28,657 nt of DNA from a virus (lineage: Duplodnaviria > Caudoviricetes), in the IMG/VR virus record IMGVR_UViG_3300020045_004230, positions 1 to 28,657 of that record. One strand, given 5' to 3'. The notes beneath the pieces are model-generated. The model searched no databases and was not told the DNA's origin. It worked only from the letters and a program-made list of their open reading frames with translations. The translations under genes and the position numbers were made by a program. Each line of letters opens with the position of its first letter. The stretch's first letter is position 1. This document shows positions 14,170-23,573 of the stretch, piece by piece.

Positions 14170-16616
14170 TGACTGAATCGCTAAACGAAATCGAAACCAC
14201 CACGCCCAACGGCGGCGTAAAATACTGGCTCAATGAGCTGGACGAAGCCAAAAAGCGCGATCAGGATTATCATAAAGAAGGGGCGCGTATTATTGGTATT
14301 TATGAATGTAAAGACGCTCAAAAAGTGCCATTCAATATCCTTTTCAGCAATACCGATACAATCCTTCCCGCTTTATACTCAGCAATCCCCCGTCCGGTCA
14401 TCAAACAACGCTACAAAAATGAGGACGCTACCGCACAGGCAGCGGCTACCGCTGGCGAGCGCTTGCTTACATACCTACTCGATACCAATACTGACGGCTA
14501 CGAGTCCTTTAATGACGGCATGGAAAACAGCGTTATAGATGCGCTACTACCAGGGCGCGGCGTAACTCGAATTAAATATGATGCGGAGATAGGCGAGTCC
14601 GAAGCGGAACCGGAGACGATCGACGACGACCAGGCAGAGGATGCAGCAGAGCCAGAAATGGTTAAAGAGTCAGAGCTGGTCTGCATCGACTCCATCACCT
14701 GGGACAAAGTTTTCTTTGGTTATGCCAAAAAGTGGTCAAAAGTCCCCTGGGTGGCGTTTGAAGAAATAATCGACAAGGATGAGGCTATTCGTTTGTTCGG
14801 CAAAGAAACAGCCAACAAGATCAATTTTGTCAAAGAGGGCGGCGACGATGATGAAGATCACAAAGAAGATGAGCATCAAGGTGGGCGCAAGACGGCAACA
14901 ATTTACCAGATTTGGGACAAAGACGGAGGAAGAAAAGTCCGTTATGTGTCCAAGCACTACAAAGACGACTATCTTAAAGTCGACGACGACCCGCTGGAAC
15001 TGACCGGCTTTTATCCAATGCCCCAGCCGTTAATGTTGGTTGCCAAGTCAAACGACATGACCGTTACGCCACCATACAAGGTGTACGAGGAGCAGGCGAA
15101 AGAGCTTAACGAAGTCACACGGCGCAGAACGCGGGTACTCAAAGCAATCAAAGCCAAAGGCATCTATGACAGCGAGCTAGGCGGCGACATCGAGAACCTT
15201 ATGGATGGCGATGACAACACGCTTATCCCTGCCGATAAGTCGGCGGTATTGAGTGAAAAAGGATTTGAGAACTCTATCTGGTTTATGCCGATTGAGCAGT
15301 TGATTAAAGTCTATATGGAGCTGACCAACGCACAGGCATCAATCAAACAGATCATCTATGAGATTACCGGCATATCTGACATTATCCGAGGCTCGACCGT
15401 AGCCAGCGAGACGGCAACAGCACAAAATATCAAATCCCAATGGGGCACAATGCGGCTTAAGCGCAACCAGTTCGAGATACAGCGGTACGCACGGGACATG
15501 ATGCGCATTATGTTGGAGATTGCAGCGACAAAGTTCAGCGAGGAAACCTGGGCGGCGATGACCGGCCTGGAATACGCTACCGAACAGCAAGTGCAGCAAG
15601 CGCAAATGATAATGAAAGCCGCCAAACAAGTACAACAACAGATGGCAATGCAGCCGCCACAAATGGGGCCGGACGGACAACCACAGCCACAAATACCACC
15701 TCAAGCCATGCAAGCTTACCAACAGGCGCAACAAACATTGCAGCAACCGCAATGGTCTGCAGTTCTCGACTTGCTTAAAAACGACATGCAGCGCAGTTAC
15801 CGGATCGACATCGAGACCAACTCTACAATCATCCCTGAGGCTACCGAAGATAAGCAAAACATGAATGAGGCGCTACAAGCCCTTTCCGGCTTCATCAAAG
15901 AATCGTTACCCGTGGTTCAGTCTGGTCTATTGCCGTTCGAGGGTTTCAAGGCTATTTTGCTAAAAATATCCCGCCAGTTTCAATTCGGCGAGGAAATCCA
16001 GGACGAACTTAAATCAATGCAGCCTCCACCACCACCCGCCGCGCCAGTTGACAACTCCATGCAGATTAAGCAAATGGAGCTACAGGCTAAACAGGCCAGC
16101 GATCAAGCCAAGCTCCAGGCCGACATACAAAAAGCCGCAGACGAAAAGGAGATAGCACAAGGACAAGCCATGCTCGATGTAAACCTGCAAAAAATGAAGC
16201 AGGCTGACATACAAGGACAGGCCATGCTTGACGTGCAGCTTGAGAAAATGCGCCTTGAGAATGCCAAGTTGCTTGAGATATTGGGCAATGAATCAGCGGA
16301 AAAGATAGCGATGTTCAGGGCTACTCTAGACGCACAAACCAATATCCAGATAGCGCAAATGCAGTCCGAGAACAGCATGAAGCAAGCGATACTGGCCGCT
16401 AATGGCGCGCTTGATGACGATGCGATAACCGAGAGAGACGAGAACGGGGAGCCTGTCACCAGGCCGACAATTGCAGATTTGATAACCGGCATTCAACAGG
16501 GAATGACCGAGTTAGCCATGCAGCACAGTACAGGACTTGAGGTATTGGCGGCGCAAATGTCGAGACCGAAAGAAGTAATCAGAGGCCCGGACGGGCGCGT
16601 AATTGGAGTGCAATAA
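14169..16616 (+). CDS. Portal protein with long Gln/Pro-rich coiled-coil C-terminus
   Basis: Position after terL; FNILFSN...PALY...P, YEITGISDIIRG, ETATAQNIK, YRIDIETNST. Start at ATG 14169 by TAATG overlap. Confidence 0.9.
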   Translation: MTESLNEIETTTPNGGVKYWLNELDEAKKRDQDYHKEGARIIGIYECKDAQKVPFNILFSNTDTILPALYSAIPRPVIKQRYKNEDATAQAAATAGERLLTYLLDTNTDGYESFNDGMENSVIDALLPGRGVTRIKYDAEIGESEAEPETIDDDQAEDAAEPEMVKESELVCIDSITWDKVFFGYAKKWSKVPWVAFEEIIDKDEAIRLFGKETANKINFVKEGGDDDEDHKEDEHQGGRKTATIYQIWDKDGGRKVRYVSKHYKDDYLKVDDDPLELTGFYPMPQPLMLVAKSNDMTVTPPYKVYEEQAKELNEVTRRRTRVLKAIKAKGIYDSELGGDIENLMDGDDNTLIPADKSAVLSEKGFENSIWFMPIEQLIKVYMELTNAQASIKQIIYEITGISDIIRGSTVASETATAQNIKSQWGTMRLKRNQFEIQRYARDMMRIMLEIAATKFSEETWAAMTGLEYATEQQVQQAQMIMKAAKQVQQQMAMQPPQMGPDGQPQPQIPPQAMQAYQQAQQTLQQPQWSAVLDLLKNDMQRSYRIDIETNSTIIPEATEDKQNMNEALQALSGFIKESLPVVQSGLLPFEGFKAILLKISRQFQFGEEIQDELKSMQPPPPPAAPVDNSMQIKQMELQAKQASDQAKLQADIQKAADEKEIAQGQAMLDVNLQKMKQADIQGQAMLDVQLEKMRLENAKLLEILGNESAEKIAMFRATLDAQTNIQIAQMQSENSMKQAILAANGALDDDAITERDENGEPVTRPTIADLITGIQQGMTELAMQHSTGLEVLAAQMSRPKEVIRGPDGRVIGVQ

Positions 16617-16787
16617 ATGGCAGAGCTACAAGGGCAAGAGGGCGAATTGAGGTTTACCGTCCAAATAACAAGGGCGGCCACCGGGCAAGTGGAAGAACAT
16701 GAATTGGTCGGTAAAATTTCCGACACACAACTGGAACAACTTAAGGAATTAAATAATGTCAGTAACCCACACGACAGCGGCGCGTAA
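16617..16787 (+). CDS. 56-aa hypothetical protein (not in ORF track)
   Basis: MAELQGQEGELRFTVQITRAATGQVEEHELVG...; ATG directly after the portal stop, GGAG RBS. Confidence 0.65.
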   Translation: MAELQGQEGELRFTVQITRAATGQVEEHELVGKISDTQLEQLKELNNVSNPHDSGA

Positions 16788-17145
16788 TGCCGCAACCGAT
16801 GCTGTGACCGCTCTTATCGGCGCGTCAGGCAATCTAAAATTCAGGCTGACCGGCACGGTATCAGCACCCGGAACCGCTGTCGCCACGTTGCCGTTATCGG
16901 CTGACGCTTTTGCCGACGCGGCGACAGGCACCGCAACAGCCAATGCAATCACGTCAGACACCAACGCAACCGGCAACGCCTCACCCGTGGCAACAGCAAC
17001 GCTTGAAACGTCCGGCGGAACGGTGGTTATTCATTGCGCGGTGGCGGCCTCAGGGTCAGATATAAACATGACCAATGGCTTAACGGTGGCCGCTGGCGAC
17101 ACCGTCAGTTGTTCATCACTGACTTATACAGCGCTGGCAGCTTAA
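16756..17145 (+). CDS. Putative virion structural protein (fibre anchor/decoration)
   Basis: Ala/Thr/Gly-rich beta-type 129 aa; AAGGA RBS; precedes the fibre-like gene. Confidence 0.65.
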   Translation: MSVTHTTAARNAATDAVTALIGASGNLKFRLTGTVSAPGTAVATLPLSADAFADAATGTATANAITSDTNATGNASPVATATLETSGGTVVIHCAVAASGSDINMTNGLTVAAGDTVSCSSLTYTALAA

Positions 17146-17153
17146 TACAGTAA

Positions 17154-18683
17154 ATGGCCTTAACCTATGTCGGAGGCATAACCGGGACTAAGGCCGGGGC
17201 CACATCAGGCAATACCACGCTATCACTGACCGCATTAACGGGCGGCAGTAATGCAGCGGCGGCGGCTGGCGATATTGTTATTGCGGTATTTGCGACAGGC
17301 TCGGCAGCGGATAGAACGCTTGCTATTACCGACGGGACAACAGCTTACACGCTAATTGGGGCTGAACTGTATGCAAATGGCACATCCTACGACACAAATT
17401 TAAGAGTCGCTTATAAAGTTTTAACCGGCGCTGATGCGACGGTCACATTCGGCCCAACGGGAAACAATGCAGATGCTGGCGCAATGGCGGTGCATGTTTG
17501 GCGTGGTATATCCGCATCAAACCCCATTGATGTTACGACGACCACAGCGACAGGGACGGCAAGCGGAAAGCCGAACGGCGCAGCGATTACGCCGGTCACA
17601 TCGGGCGCAGTCATTCTGGTTGCTGGAGGGGCCGCGGCAGCAACGGGCGCGGCATTTACCCAGTCAGGCGCGGAGCTAAGCAATTTTAGGTCGGCCACGT
17701 CGGTTGATACTAACGATGCAATGGTTGGTATCGGGTCAAAAGCGTGGACAAGCGGCGCATTTGACCCGGTTGTCTGGACAGGCGGAACTGCTAACGCGGC
17801 TGATTCATGGGCGGCTATTACCGTAGCGCTACGGCCATTTGTCGCGGTCACGCACACCACTACAGGAACGCCGACCGGCCAAGGGTCTACCGTATCCGGA
17901 ACGGCTCAACATAATGCCGCACATTCGACAAGCGGCGCACTTACCGGGCCTGGATCGACAGTTGTGGGATCGGCAGCGCGATTCAGGGCGCACGCTGGAA
18001 CAGGCGGGCTAATCGGCCAAGGCGCTGTTATTACCGGCAGTGCCGATCGTCAAGACGCGCCTGCTTTTGTTGAGCATGCGACAAGCGGGGTATTAACTGG
18101 ACAAGGGTCGTTGGTCGTCGGGGCGGCAGCCAGAACGCGCGCGCATGGCGCAACAGGCGGGGTGTCAGGGCCGGGATCGATCGTTGTTGGAGCGTCGGCC
18201 AGAGTTAGAGCGTTTACCTCGTCAGGCGGATTGGTTGGACAAGGCTCTGAACTTTCGGGAACAGCGTCAAGAGTCGGCCAGGCGGTAACGCACGATACAA
18301 CGGGCGATTTAACCGGGCAAGCATCGACGCTATCCGGGGCGGCTGGCAGATCAGGCGACGAAGGCACCACAACGCCGGGCGGCGATGATGCACCACATGG
18401 CATTTATTACCAAAACCAGAAACGGCGCAAGATAGGCAGAAGGCCGCTCGACAAGTTGTTGGATAAAGCTATCAAGGAATACGGCGAAGGTTTAGCGGTA
18501 TTTATAGAGAGCGAAAAGGAAGAAGTAAAGGCTATTGTTGCGCCGTTTGTTGATGAGGGCGTTATTAATTATGAAAGCCTACGGGATGACATCGACGCTA
18601 TTAAACAGCTTATCGCTGAATACCAAGCGTATTTGTTAGAGCAGGACGAAGAAGAAATTTTAATTTTATTAATGGTGGCATAA
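17154..18683 (+). CDS. Putative head/neck fibre protein with seven ~23-aa repeats
   Basis: Ala/Thr/Gly-rich N-domain; repeats H..(S/T)G.L.G(Q/P)GS.V.G.A.R; acidic C-terminus EQDEEEILILL. Confidence 0.65.
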   Translation: MALTYVGGITGTKAGATSGNTTLSLTALTGGSNAAAAAGDIVIAVFATGSAADRTLAITDGTTAYTLIGAELYANGTSYDTNLRVAYKVLTGADATVTFGPTGNNADAGAMAVHVWRGISASNPIDVTTTTATGTASGKPNGAAITPVTSGAVILVAGGAAAATGAAFTQSGAELSNFRSATSVDTNDAMVGIGSKAWTSGAFDPVVWTGGTANAADSWAAITVALRPFVAVTHTTTGTPTGQGSTVSGTAQHNAAHSTSGALTGPGSTVVGSAARFRAHAGTGGLIGQGAVITGSADRQDAPAFVEHATSGVLTGQGSLVVGAAARTRAHGATGGVSGPGSIVVGASARVRAFTSSGGLVGQGSELSGTASRVGQAVTHDTTGDLTGQASTLSGAAGRSGDEGTTTPGGDDAPHGIYYQNQKRRKIGRRPLDKLLDKAIKEYGEGLAVFIESEKEEVKAIVAPFVDEGVINYESLRDDIDAIKQLIAEYQAYLLEQDEEEILILLMVA

Positions 18684-19034
18684 ATGAGCAATTTAGTAAA
18701 TGAAGGCGGCGCTGGGCTATTTGTAGCGTCCAGCGTCGATGTAAATGCGTTAATTGTTGCTAATGTTGACGCGGCAGTTGCGGCAGCCGCCGGTTTGCGG
18801 CTAATGGGCTACTCAGCCAAAGAAAGCGCAGCCGTACCAGCAGCTGCAACAGCGGTAATCGTACATGGAGCCACAGGCGCAGGTGGTACGTCTGTTGTTA
18901 ATCTCAACTTAGCGCTGAGCACGTCCGAGACACAATGGTTTGGGCCTGACGGGATTGCTTGCCCTAATGGTCTGTCAATCGACTGGCTTACTGGTCGTCT
19001 TGATATTAATCTGTTTTATAAAGTGGTGATTTAA
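18684..19034 (+). CDS. Putative virion structural protein
   Basis: 116 aa, contiguous in the late operon. Confidence 0.6.
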   Translation: MSNLVNEGGAGLFVASSVDVNALIVANVDAAVAAAAGLRLMGYSAKESAAVPAAATAVIVHGATGAGGTSVVNLNLALSTSETQWFGPDGIACPNGLSIDWLTGRLDINLFYKVVI

Positions 19035-19468
19035 TGCCGGTTTATGTCTACGCCTGCCCTGAATGCTTACACTCTTTTGAGAAATTTAGAAGCGTGGCGC
19101 AATTCCAGCGTACGGAAGATTGTCCGGTTTGCGACGCAGTAGCGCGACAAGTTATCACCGCGCCAATGGTCATCATCCCCGCGCACATGAGCGCAACGGG
19201 CGAGAGTGGCTACCGCTCACCGATTGACGGCAGACCGATAACTACAGCAGCACAGCGGCGTGAAGATATGGCGCGTAATGATTGTGTGGAATATGAACCG
19301 GGGATGAGACAGGATGTAGACCGGCGAGTGATTGAGGATGAAAAAGCGCTTGATCGGGCTGTTGATGAAACTTTTGATAGAGAGATTGCAAAAATGCCAG
19401 CGGCTAAACTTGAGCGACTGGATGCGGAAATGAGCGCCGGAATGTCGGCGGAAGTAGCGAGGCTATAA
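19034..19468 (+). CDS. FmdB-type Zn-ribbon protein with phage C-terminal domain
   Basis: MPVYVYACPEC...CPVC; YRSPIDG..IT....RREDM. Confidence 0.8.
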   Translation: MPVYVYACPECLHSFEKFRSVAQFQRTEDCPVCDAVARQVITAPMVIIPAHMSATGESGYRSPIDGRPITTAAQRREDMARNDCVEYEPGMRQDVDRRVIEDEKALDRAVDETFDREIAKMPAAKLERLDAEMSAGMSAEVARL

Positions 19469-19471
19469 TTT

Positions 19472-20458
19472 ATGAGTGAATTTGAAGAAGGAAATACAGG
19501 CAATGACAATACAGATGATTTTGATCTTGATGCTGGCGTTGCCGATATTGCCGAAGGGCTTGGCTTTGGTGCGGGCGATGATGATAGCGATGATAATTTT
19601 GATGATGATGGTGTAGCCAATGAAGCTGAACCGGAAGCAAAAAAGGATAGTCAGGAAGATACTAAGGAAGCCGAAGCAACAATAAAACAAGCGCCGGCCT
19701 CGTGGTCGAAGGAGCAACATGATAATTGGTCGAAGATACCTAAAGAAGCGCAGGAATACGTGGAATTGCGTGAGAAACAGATGCTTGACGGCATTGAGCA
19801 GTATAAGCAGGGTTATCAACAAGCGGTAGAAATGCAGCGTATTATTGAGCCATTCCGCGGGTCATTACAAAAGCATGGCGTGAGTGAAACCCAAGCGATT
19901 CAAAACCTGTTTGGGCATCATATCGCGCTGACCGAGGGTTCTACAGAATCGAGGCAAGCGGCTTTTGTTGCGCTTGGTCAAAATCTTGGATTGATACCGC
20001 AGGAAGGCCAAACGCAGGCCGACCCCAGAACCCAGGAACTGCAACAACGTCTTGAACGCATCGAGCGACAAGAACAGCAGCGCATCCAACAAGCTCAACA
20101 GCAAAGTTATTCCAAGATCGAACAAGAGGTGAATGCGTTTGCGTCAGACCCAAAGAATGAATACTTTGACGAGGTGGCGGATGACGTTGTGATGTTGCTC
20201 AAATCTGGCATTGATTTGCAGTCGGCTTATGAAAAGGCAGTCTGGGCCAACCCTATCACTAGAGCTAAAGAACTGGCGAAGTCAACAGCAGAGCAGACAA
20301 AGACGCTCACAGCCAAGAACACCGAAGCAGCCAAAGCAGCAAAGAAAGCATCAAGCACCAACATTAGGCCACTGAATAGTAGCAAGAAATCCAGTGAGCC
20401 GGCGCAAAGCTGGGATCAAACTATGGAAGAAACACTAGCTAGGATTAAAGGCGGTTGA
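19472..20458 (+). CDS. Capsid scaffolding protein (putative)
   Basis: Acidic N-terminus, APASW..E....W, coiled coil, L..AYEKAVWANP; directly upstream of the capsid gene. Confidence 0.75.
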   Translation: MSEFEEGNTGNDNTDDFDLDAGVADIAEGLGFGAGDDDSDDNFDDDGVANEAEPEAKKDSQEDTKEAEATIKQAPASWSKEQHDNWSKIPKEAQEYVELREKQMLDGIEQYKQGYQQAVEMQRIIEPFRGSLQKHGVSETQAIQNLFGHHIALTEGSTESRQAAFVALGQNLGLIPQEGQTQADPRTQELQQRLERIERQEQQRIQQAQQQSYSKIEQEVNAFASDPKNEYFDEVADDVVMLLKSGIDLQSAYEKAVWANPITRAKELAKSTAEQTKTLTAKNTEAAKAAKKASSTNIRPLNSSKKSSEPAQSWDQTMEETLARIKGG

Positions 20459-20482
20459 CACGGTAGCATAGCTTGCTATAAT
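20455..20482 (+). promoter_or_regulatory. Consensus promoter TTGACA-N16-TATAAT (extended -10) for the capsid gene
   Basis: -35 at 20455-20460, -10 at 20477-20482 preceded by TGC; about 130-nt leader follows. Confidence 0.8.
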
Positions 20483-20619
20483 CCCTACTAACTACGCTTA
20501 TCCGACAGAGCCAGCGCAGCAGGGCTAGTCCCGCTCACTACCACCGCACATAAGCCTGACAGGCCGACATTGCAGATGGAAATGATTAAACTCATTTTTA
20601 ACTACATTGGAGGCCTATC

Positions 20620-21582
20620 ATGGCATCACCAAATAGCACCTTTACGGAACTGGTATCTACCACTTTCCGCAAACACCGCAAAGAAATTAAAGACAATATT
20701 TCCAATCGTAATGCGCTCTTGAAGTACATTATGAAGCGCGGCAATTACATCAGCGAGGACGGCGGTTTAACTATCGCTACGCCGCTTGATTACAATGCAA
20801 ACGGCACTTATCAGCGTTACTCTGATTGGGATACGCTTAATATTTCCCAGTCTGACGTTATCAGCTCGGCTGAGTATCAATGGAGACAGATTGCGATTAA
20901 CGTAGTCGCTTCCGGTCGTGAATTGCGCATTAACAGCGGCGATTCCCGCATTATCAGCTTGGCTAAGTCCAGAATGAAGAATGCAATCCGCACCTTCAAC
21001 AACAACTTTTCAAGTGATTTGTACTCGGCTGGCTCCCTTAGCAACCAAGTCAACGGCTTGCAGGCGATTGTTGCCGATGTGAACACCAATACCGTTGGCG
21101 GCATCGATGCGTCAGCTTGGTCATTCTGGCAAAATAAAGTCTATGATGCTTCTGTCAACTCCGTAACGGCATCAGCTACCACCATTGAAGGCTCATTGAT
21201 GCTACCATTGTGGTTACTGCTCGACCGTGGCCCGGATGACTGCCCTGATTTGATTGTTGCCGATAATACCTTTTATCAATACTTTGAAAACAGCCAAGTA
21301 TCACTGAAACGCTACGCAACAAGCGAAAGTGTCAACGCTGGTTTTGCTACGATCAAGTACAAAAATGCGGATGTTATTTATGACGGCAACAGCGGCATTC
21401 CTTCCAGTCACATGTACATGCTTAACACTGAGTATTTGAAGTTGGTTGTACACAAAGATGCTGATTTGACCGAAGTGCCTGAACAGCGCCCTGTAAATCA
21501 GGACGGTAGCGTTATTCCGATCCTGTGGATGGGCAACTTGACCTGTAGCAACAGAAGCCAGCAAGGGGTGATAATCCTGTAA
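20620..21582 (+). CDS. Major capsid protein (podovirus-type)
   Basis: 320 aa after the scaffold; DN....NALL, WQN, NQD..V.PILW.GNLTCSNR..QG; GGAGG RBS. Confidence 0.9.
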   Translation: MASPNSTFTELVSTTFRKHRKEIKDNISNRNALLKYIMKRGNYISEDGGLTIATPLDYNANGTYQRYSDWDTLNISQSDVISSAEYQWRQIAINVVASGRELRINSGDSRIISLAKSRMKNAIRTFNNNFSSDLYSAGSLSNQVNGLQAIVADVNTNTVGGIDASAWSFWQNKVYDASVNSVTASATTIEGSLMLPLWLLLDRGPDDCPDLIVADNTFYQYFENSQVSLKRYATSESVNAGFATIKYKNADVIYDGNSGIPSSHMYMLNTEYLKLVVHKDADLTEVPEQRPVNQDGSVIPILWMGNLTCSNRSQQGVIIL

Positions 21583-21662
21583 ATACAATAACTTACGAAC
21601 TATTGGCAATGGGTAACTAATTATGTTATAGTGTCATTTCTTTAATTAACCAGGGGAATGAC

Positions 21663-22319
21663 ATGAAAGCACGAGGATTATCAGTAAAAGATCGAATAGG
21701 CCAAAGGATTGGCAAGTTAGTTGTAATTGAAAGAGCAGCCAACAAGATAGAGATAGCAAAAAGCGGGAAAAAATCCGTTCGGGCTTGTTGGGTGTGTGCT
21801 TGTGATTGTGGGAATATAATCACGGCCAGCGGGCATAATTTGAGTAAGGCGCTTAGTAATCCAAACACAACCGCAGGAACTCGTTCTTGTGGTTGTTTGA
21901 TGGGGAAAGGTAATTTTAAGCATGGGCTATGTAACACTGATTCTTATATATCGTGGAAATCGGTATTAAGTCGATGCTTAAATCCAAACTACACATCTTA
22001 TAAAGATTATGGCGGTAGAGATATTACAGTTTGTGATAAATGGCTAACCTTTGAAGGATTCTATGAGGACATGGGAGACAGGCCGGAAGGCATGACCATA
22101 GACAGAACAGAAAACAACAAAGGTTACTATAAAGAAAACTGCAAATGGGCTACAAGAGAACATCAGGCTAACAATAGACGATCTAATGTAATACTTGAAT
22201 ACAACGGTAAGTCGATGACAATAGCTCAATGGGCGCGTGAAATCGGAATAACCAAAGGCGCTTTAAAATCACGTATAGAACGTGGCTGGGATATTGAAAG
22301 AGCATTAACAACACAGTAA
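21663..22319 (+). mobile_element. Free-standing HNH-like homing endonuclease inserted after the capsid gene
   Basis: WVCACDCG, SCGC, RC.NPN...Y..YGGR.I.VC..W, TIDR..N.KGY...NC.WAT...QANN; AT-rich, with its own TGtTATAGT -10 (21624-21632). Confidence 0.8.
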
Positions 22320-22325
22320 AACAAC

Positions 22326-22352
22326 ACCCCGCTTTAACCGGCGGGGTTTTTT
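22326..22352 (+). terminator. Intrinsic terminator
   Basis: accccgct-ttaacc-ggcggggt followed by a T run. Confidence 0.8.
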
Positions 22353-22374
22353 AATCGAATATGAGGTACTCAAA

Positions 22375-22839
22375 ATGTCATTATTTACAGGCGCTAAACT
22401 AGATACTATCGATGCCAGCGCGTTGTTTACGCTAGGCGAGGTATTCCATGCCCAAGGCGGCAAGAAATACAAATATATCCAGTACGACACAGGCGCTGGC
22501 GCTGTTGCTGCCGTGGCTGGTAATGTGGCCTATGTTTATGCGCCAAGCGGTGCATCAGCAGGGGCCACCAATGTTGTTACGTCGGATTTGTCTGATTCCG
22601 CAGGTGTTGGCGCTGGTGTATTACAGGCGGCGCTTACAGATGGCGCTTATGGATGGGTTCAAATTTCAGGCCCGGCTACATTAACCACGGCTCTAACAGC
22701 CGGTGCTGACGGTAACGCATTAACCCCGGTAGGCTCTACCGATGGCACACTAGACGCTTCAGCATTGGTTACAGACCATATCTGTGCTATCGCTGTTGAT
22801 GCGAGCGCCAAAATCGTAATGTGTTGCTTCCCCGGATAA
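22375..22839 (+). CDS. Capsid decoration/cement protein (putative)
   Basis: 154 aa, Ala/Gly-rich; FTLG...G..Y.Y and YGWVQI.G motifs; follows the capsid gene. Confidence 0.65.
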   Translation: MSLFTGAKLDTIDASALFTLGEVFHAQGGKKYKYIQYDTGAGAVAAVAGNVAYVYAPSGASAGATNVVTSDLSDSAGVGAGVLQAALTDGAYGWVQISGPATLTTALTAGADGNALTPVGSTDGTLDASALVTDHICAIAVDASAKIVMCCFPG

Positions 22840-22851
22840 CTCGGTGTTTTC

Positions 22852-22875
22852 CCCGCTCGAAAGGGCGGGTTTTTT
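22852..22875 (+). terminator. Intrinsic terminator
   Basis: cccgctc-GAAA-gggcggg followed by T6. Confidence 0.85.
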
Positions 22876-22892
22876 AACTATCAGAGGTATTT

Positions 22893-23570
22893 ATGGCACT
22901 AGCACAAATTATGCAAAATGAACCCGGCGGAATGCCTTATGTCAGATTTGAGAGAGCCGCAGTTGAAGATAAGGCGGGTAGCTTAGCCGCCGGTCATTAT
23001 GTGGCGCGAGATGTGGATATGGCTAATGTTACGCCGCCATACTCTAAGGACATTATGAAGTATAAGGTTTTGAACTGGTTTGAACAGTTAAAAACCGACT
23101 CCATGAACGGACGCATACCGGCTGAATGGGTGGACAAATATCAAGCAGCCTATGCCGCATGGCAAAAAGGCCAGGAATTGCCGGTTGACGGCTTTCCTAT
23201 CAAAGGTTGGGGAGTATGCTCACCGGCGCAGCAAGAAACTCTTATCAAAATGCACGTGCTGACAGTTGAGCAATTGGCGGCAATGACACACGAGGGTTTG
23301 CAGCGGGTAGGCATGGGCGGCGTAGACCTTAAGAACAAGGCTAACGCATGGTTACAGGCTCTTAAAAAAGCAGGCCCGGTTACGATTGAGAATGCGGCGC
23401 TTAAAAAGAAGGTTGACGACCAGGAAGCGACAATTTCAGGCATGGAGGCGAAAATCAAAGAATTGACTCGCCTAGTTGAGCAGGTTACACAAGCGCAACC
23501 AGTGCAAACGGGCGCGCACATGGGCGCAGTTTCGGGAATCAGTGCTGACGATTTACTGGACGAAGATTAA
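22893..23570 (+). CDS. Phage hypothetical protein (head-tail region)
   Basis: 225 aa; Y.AW..G.E....G.P...W and TVEQLA motifs; C-terminal coiled coil; GAGG RBS. Confidence 0.7.
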   Translation: MALAQIMQNEPGGMPYVRFERAAVEDKAGSLAAGHYVARDVDMANVTPPYSKDIMKYKVLNWFEQLKTDSMNGRIPAEWVDKYQAAYAAWQKGQELPVDGFPIKGWGVCSPAQQETLIKMHVLTVEQLAAMTHEGLQRVGMGGVDLKNKANAWLQALKKAGPVTIENAALKKKVDDQEATISGMEAKIKELTRLVEQVTQAQPVQTGAHMGAVSGISADDLLDED

Positions 23571-23573
23571 TTT

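Noticed and set aside
14233-18403. Many alternative-frame and antisense ORFs over the portal and fibre genes
   Set aside because: Explained by codon bias of the real genes; no RBS or motifs support them.
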